DNA of 20,000 bases from an uncultured virus (IMG/VR IMGVR_UViG_3300023178_000038) (taxonomy: Duplodnaviria > Heunggongvirae > Uroviricota > Caudoviricetes), in the IMG/VR virus record IMGVR_UViG_3300023178_000038. One strand, written 5' to 3'. The position numbers and the translations under genes were made by a program. The notes below the pieces were generated by a model that saw only the letters and a list, made by a program, of their open reading frames with translations, was not told where the DNA came from and made no database searches. Below are positions 16,589 to 20,000 of this stretch, in pieces (position 1 is the first letter of the stretch; every line of letters starts with the position of its first letter).

Positions 16589-17025
16589 TAGTCTTCTTTC
16601 TTAAATAGTTTTCTACCTTTCAATGCTTTAGAACTATTAAGAACTTTAGCTACAGCTTTTATGTAATCAATCATATCTGCACGCGGCAACCTACCATAAT
16701 CTATTTGTGTACCACGTGTGATAAAAGAATAACTAAAGTAGTCATACATATCATGCACGACTTCAAGTTCGCCGACTCCTTTGTTAGTAACGATACCGAC
16801 TCTAACCCCACCATAGTGTGGTCCAGGATCAGTTGGGAATGAAGGATCTATTTTAAGTATTGTTTGTACTAGATTAGATTCACTAGCACTATCGTATGGA
16901 AAAAAATCTATCTTCTTTGATTCGTCTTCTTCTATACAGTATGTAATAGCTTCAAGAAATCCATTACATTCGTCCATCATATCCCAGACGTTACGTGCGC
17001 CTTTGCTCTGTAATACTTCTCTCAT
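16588..17025 (-). CDS. Hypothetical protein, 145 aa
   Basis: Coupled ORF in the operon; no motif recognised. Confidence 0.75.
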   Translation of the reverse strand: MREVLQSKGARNVWDMMDECNGFLEAITYCIEEDESKKIDFFPYDSASESNLVQTILKIDPSFPTDPGPHYGGVRVGIVTNKGVGELEVVHDMYDYFSYSFITRGTQIDYGRLPRADMIDYIKAVAKVLNSSKALKGRKLFKKED

Positions 17026-17027
17026 TA

Positions 17028-17285
17028 CTATAACTGTAGCTGAATTTGATCTTCAAGTCTATTCAACAACTGTTGTTTTTTCTTCTGATCATTTAATTTA
17101 TACATGCTGACACCACCTCTGTGAGTGTGCATGTTGCACTTCTGACCTAAGATATAATCTTCGCCATGATCTGCACGTATCTCTGATATTCTATTGCGTG
17201 CTGACCAACCAAACTCTATAAGTTCTGTTGCACAATGCCACTTGTCATCATCAAGTAGCTGCAATATATCATCTCTCATTGTCAT
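17028..17285 (-). CDS. Winged helix-turn-helix DNA-binding protein, 85 aa
   Basis: ILQLLDD.KWH.ATEL....SARNRISEIR...YI...MYKL pattern of small phage wHTH proteins; SD AAGGAG. Confidence 0.7.
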   Translation of the reverse strand: MTMRDDILQLLDDDKWHCATELIEFGWSARNRISEIRADHGEDYILGQKCNMHTHRGGVSMYKLNDQKKKQQLLNRLEDQIQLQL

Positions 17286-17586
17286 TGTTATCTCCTTCTA
17301 CTTCATACCATTCGTATTTCAATGTTAATTCACTGCCCATAGGTATGTCAACGATCGTATATAAATAATATTTTCTATGATCTAAAACTTTTTTTAAGTT
17401 AGGTTTGTCACTATGATTTACAAAACCACCTAACGGTGTGCGTATTGTATCTAACGTAGGTGTGTCTATGATATGTGACATTCCTAAGTTCACACCTTTA
17501 TCTATATCTACTAATGTAAATAAACCTATGCCTTCTATCTTGCTTGGTTTAATTGTAAGGTAATCAGGTAAAGGTCTATATGTCAC
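17269..17586 (-). CDS. Stand-alone SET-domain protein (putative lysine methyltransferase)
   Basis: SKIEGIGLF...I.KG, FVNHSDKPN and DIPMGSELTLKY are the hallmark SET motifs. Confidence 0.9.
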   Translation of the reverse strand: MTYRPLPDYLTIKPSKIEGIGLFTLVDIDKGVNLGMSHIIDTPTLDTIRTPLGGFVNHSDKPNLKKVLDHRKYYLYTIVDIPMGSELTLKYEWYEVEGDNNDNER

Positions 17587-17729
17587 TTGCTAAGATCAAA
17601 GTCTTCATCAGGATCTAAATGTTTATTTATCATTACACCCATGACCATGTTCTTAAATTCTTCTGAACCTACTTTAACACCTGGTCCATCAAATGGATTT
17701 ATAGGATCATTTTGTTTATTCTTGCTCAT
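17583..17729 (-). CDS. Small hypothetical protein, 48 aa
   Basis: Not in the ORF track. MSKNKQNDPINPFDGPGVKVGSEEFKNMVMGVMINKHLDPDEDFDLSK*; its stop overlaps the GTG of the SET gene (GTGA). Confidence 0.65.
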   Translation of the reverse strand: MSKNKQNDPINPFDGPGVKVGSEEFKNMVMGVMINKHLDPDEDFDLSK

Positions 17730-17850
17730 ACCAGTTATCGTCTTCCCTAATTTCTTCTGTCACTTGTAAGTCAATGTGTGTAGGTTTTTCTACAATTTCT
17801 ACGTCTTGAAACACACCACCAGTATCAAGTATTATTTTTATATGAATCAT
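17716..17850 (-). CDS. Small hypothetical protein, 44 aa
   Basis: Not in the ORF track. MIHIKIILDTGGVFQDVEIVEKPTHIDLQVTEEIREDDNWYEQE*; TAATG coupling to the upstream gene. Confidence 0.65.
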   Translation of the reverse strand: MIHIKIILDTGGVFQDVEIVEKPTHIDLQVTEEIREDDNWYEQE

Positions 17851-18608
17851 TAGAACGGTGCTTCGTCTTCGCCAATATCCTCTATTGCTTTTGCTTCAGG
17901 CATTGCAGGCATAAACCATTCTTCTGGTGCTTGTTTAGCTGCGTTGAATGATTCCATGTAATATATACGTGGATTACCATTGTCACATTCTTTGTTCTTA
18001 CACTTCCAGTCAGGATAAGTATCTTTAATTTTACCGCTTGCTTTGTCTACTCTGTTATCCCATAGCTCACTACTGCAGCTTAAACATCTTGGCTCTATTG
18101 TGCCATTAGTTACTACAACTTTTTCCTGAACCACTACACCAATTTCTTCTAATGCTGCTTTAGTATCTTCTACTGGACCAGTAGGTACATCTTTAATCTT
18201 TTCTTGTACAGATGGTGAAGGAGTGTAGCTATTGCTGTTGCCAGTTTTAGCTGCACTCTTGGTAACTTGACTGTCCGACAAGTTCTCCACCTTCTGCATT
18301 TCTGTGACTGATGGTCTCTTCTTTGCTGCGTAAATCCAATTAGCTAATGCTCTACCAACTGCTGAAGTTGAACCATTTTCTATCCATGATGTTTGGTTTG
18401 CACCTTTTGATCCATGTTGGTCTTGTGCTATACCAGTTGATACTGGTACTTCATCTGCAATATCTTTATATATGCTTGCTCTAAATACAGCAGACTTATG
18501 ATCATCTGTTATATATAAAATTTCTGTGCTGACTCTACCATTAGGATTATCTTCCCAAAATTTTCTAAGTCTATCTTCTACTAAATCGTATTCGTCTTGC
18601 CATGCCAT
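17850..18608 (-). CDS. Rad52/Sak-like single-strand annealing protein with C-terminal Zn-ribbon and acidic tail
   Basis: YDLVEDRLRKFW...STGIA...TSWIENGSTSAVGRALAN core; CLSC..ELWDNR...PDWKCKNKEC; ends EDEAPF. Confidence 0.7.
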   Translation of the reverse strand: MAWQDEYDLVEDRLRKFWEDNPNGRVSTEILYITDDHKSAVFRASIYKDIADEVPVSTGIAQDQHGSKGANQTSWIENGSTSAVGRALANWIYAAKKRPSVTEMQKVENLSDSQVTKSAAKTGNSNSYTPSPSVQEKIKDVPTGPVEDTKAALEEIGVVVQEKVVVTNGTIEPRCLSCSSELWDNRVDKASGKIKDTYPDWKCKNKECDNGNPRIYYMESFNAAKQAPEEWFMPAMPEAKAIEDIGEDEAPF

Positions 18609-18853
18609 TAGTCGTTCTCCTCCTCATTCATGTCTTGTACTTTATCTATGTGGTATTCTACCCACACTTTTGTTTTTTTGCCAACACTATATTGTTTTAA
18701 AATATCTGTAATACTTTGTTCCATGTGATTAAATATTGTATCAAATACTTCTTCTGCTTCTTTTAAATTACTAGCAGTAATTATATAATCACGTGTACTT
18801 AGATCACTAAACATTACTTTTACATCTCTGTCCATTGGATCAGGTGCGCTCAT
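18608..18853 (-). CDS. Hypothetical protein, 81 aa
   Basis: Coupled ORF (ATGA/TAATG), SD AGGAG. Confidence 0.75.
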   Translation of the reverse strand: MSAPDPMDRDVKVMFSDLSTRDYIITASNLKEAEEVFDTIFNHMEQSITDILKQYSVGKKTKVWVEYHIDKVQDMNEEEND

Positions 18854-19050
18854 TCTTGTTCTCCTATAGCTAAAGCAGCATTCATCATTTCGTTGTAATC
18901 AGTTACAAACTTTGTTGTTAAATCTTCTACTTTTTTTGGATTAATTTTATTAAGTTTAATAGATGTCTGTGACACTTCTTGTCCACCACATGCGTTAGCC
19001 ATAGCTATCGCCCACTTCTTCATCTCCTTTTGACTTGTAAATAAGTTCAT
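18850..19050 (-). CDS. Hypothetical protein, 66 aa
   Basis: Coupled ORF in the operon. Confidence 0.7.
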   Translation of the reverse strand: MNLFTSQKEMKKWAIAMANACGGQEVSQTSIKLNKINPKKVEDLTTKFVTDYNEMMNAALAIGEQE

Positions 19051-19053
19051 AAC

Positions 19054-19290
19054 TTAATCGCCGCCGCGTTCTGATCTAACAAATACATAATGTATAACGT
19101 TATTCCAGTTCTCAAAATGGTATATATATAAACCATGTCTGTGTAACCAGTCACGTAACTCACCTGTGCTGTCTATGTACTTAGGACTGTTCTTATGTAT
19201 TACAACAAATCCTCTACCAGTCTCACCAACTGATTGTACAAGTTCTGACAACATAAAGTTATCATCAAACGTAGTATTAATTGCAGTCAT
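19054..19290 (-). CDS. Hypothetical protein, 78 aa
   Basis: SD GGGAGGT and a promoter directly upstream. Confidence 0.75.
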   Translation of the reverse strand: MTAINTTFDDNFMLSELVQSVGETGRGFVVIHKNSPKYIDSTGELRDWLHRHGLYIYHFENWNNVIHYVFVRSERGGD

Positions 19291-19308
19291 TACTACCTCC
19301 CACTATTA

Positions 19309-19337
19309 ATTATATAGCATAAATACAGAATCGTAAA
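19309..19337 (-). promoter_or_regulatory. Sigma-70/SigA-type promoter for the recombination operon
   Basis: TTTACG (19337-19332)-17 nt-TATAAT (19314-19309), followed by TAATAGTGG and the SD. Confidence 0.65.
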
Positions 19338-19348
19338 GAATTTATAGT

Positions 19349-19380
19349 AAAAACACCAGATCGAAGTTATGATCTGGTGT
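19349..19380 (-). terminator. Intrinsic terminator
   Basis: Perfect 10-bp stem (19353-19362/19371-19380) with a T-run on the - strand. Confidence 0.75.
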
Positions 19381-19428
19381 CAAGGATCAGAGTAAAGGAG
19401 GAAACCTCTGACCAATGAATTGACTTGA
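19349..19428 (-). ncRNA. Candidate sRNA 1 with anti-SD loop
   Basis: Extended -10 TGcTATAAT (19442-19434); hairpin GGTCAGAG-gtttCCTCCTtta-CTCTGATC; terminator ACACCAGATC-N8-GATCTGGTGT-TTTT. Confidence 0.6.
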
Positions 19429-19453
19429 CAACTATTATAGCATGCAGTAATCT
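19425..19453 (+). promoter_or_regulatory. + strand sigma-70-type promoter overlapping a divergent - strand extended -10
   Basis: TTGACA (19425-19430)-17 nt-TAATCT (19448-19453); the spacer contains the reverse-strand TGCTATAAT. Confidence 0.65.
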
Positions 19454-19459
19454 GTGGAT

Positions 19460-19538
19460 ATAGTTATCTTACGTGTCATAACGTTAGACAACTCCTTCCC
19501 ACAAGCAATAAAGCGGACCTGTGAGTCCGCTTTGCTTT
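19460..19538 (+). ncRNA. Candidate sRNA 2, antisense to a phage RBS
   Basis: Lies between the + strand promoter and the hairpin at 19510-19533. Contains ACAACTCCTTCCCAC, 14/15 complementary to the leader of the clamp-like gene. Confidence 0.5.
19503..19538. terminator. Hairpin, likely bidirectional terminator
   Basis: AAAGCGGAC-ctgtga-GTCCGCTTT immediately after the phosphoesterase stop; T-rich on both sides. Confidence 0.75.
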
Positions 19539-20000
19539 ATACTATCTCTTTATTATTGTGTCCTTTATGATCTATAACCATAGTCATTACACCTTGTTTG
19601 GTTTTCTTACCTGCTTGCTGCTCAAACCATGTTGACTCATCTAAGCTAGGTACCTGGATCCAGGTGCGTCCATCATGTAATTCACGGTGATGATGGTAAT
19701 GACCTGTCACAAGAATGTCACTGGATCCTGCATGGAATCCACCAAATGTCTGGTTCTTCCACCAGTTCATTAGTTTATTTTCTACCGATCCACTGTAACC
19801 TGCAAGATGTCCATGAGTAAAGCTCATGTTTGTGCCACATACATTTAATGATAAGTGTGGTTCATCTGGTATAACAAACTTTACATGTTTGTACTGTGGT
19901 TTATCTGCAAATATTTCTGCAATCTGTTCAAACACTTCTATGTCATAGTTGTCCATCTCACCTGTTGGTGCAAGATTCTTTGCAATTCTTTTAGTTCCAT
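19537..20000 (-). CDS. Calcineurin-like metallophosphoesterase/nuclease, C-terminal part (starts beyond the window)
   Basis: FTHGH and DILVTGHYHH motifs; the frame stays open upstream of 19956 to the edge (...GTKRIAKNLAPTGEMDNYD). Confidence 0.85.
   Translation of the reverse strand, partial: GTKRIAKNLAPTGEMDNYDIEVFEQIAEIFADKPQYKHVKFVIPDEPHLSLNVCGTNMSFTHGHLAGYSGSVENKLMNWWKNQTFGGFHAGSSDILVTGHYHHHRELHDGRTWIQVPSLDESTWFEQQAGKKTKQGVMTMVIDHKGHNNKEIV

Noticed and set aside
13366..18711. + strand ORFs across the early and recombination blocks
   Set aside because: All antisense to tightly coupled - strand genes; 17587 + is displaced by two coupled - strand micro-ORFs.

Overview
AT-rich segment of a tailed dsDNA phage, probably podovirus-like with a low-GC actinobacterial host (inference from protein family signatures). 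Essentially all coding is on the - strand, with tightly coupled genes. In the direction of transcription (right to left) it holds: the end of a metallophosphoesterase; a ~250-bp intergenic region with divergent sigma-70-type promoters and two candidate anti-Shine-Dalgarno sRNAs; a recombination block (Rad52/Sak-like annealing protein, SET-domain protein, wHTH, Hjc-type resolvase); a GATC-depleted block of early-type genes (two-domain beta-clamp-like protein, Cys-rich micropeptide, ArdA); a ~700-bp non-coding region; and a morphogenesis block (TerL with N-terminal Zn-finger and HTH, portal, large internal-virion-like proteins). The most unusual element is in the non-coding region: a 77-nt + strand RNA resembling a tmRNA tRNA-like domain (G3.U alanine acceptor stem, T-arm, no D-stem, no anticodon arm, no mRNA-like domain), preceded by three NrdR-box-like palindromes. 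All calls are by-eye motif recognition; no searches were run.
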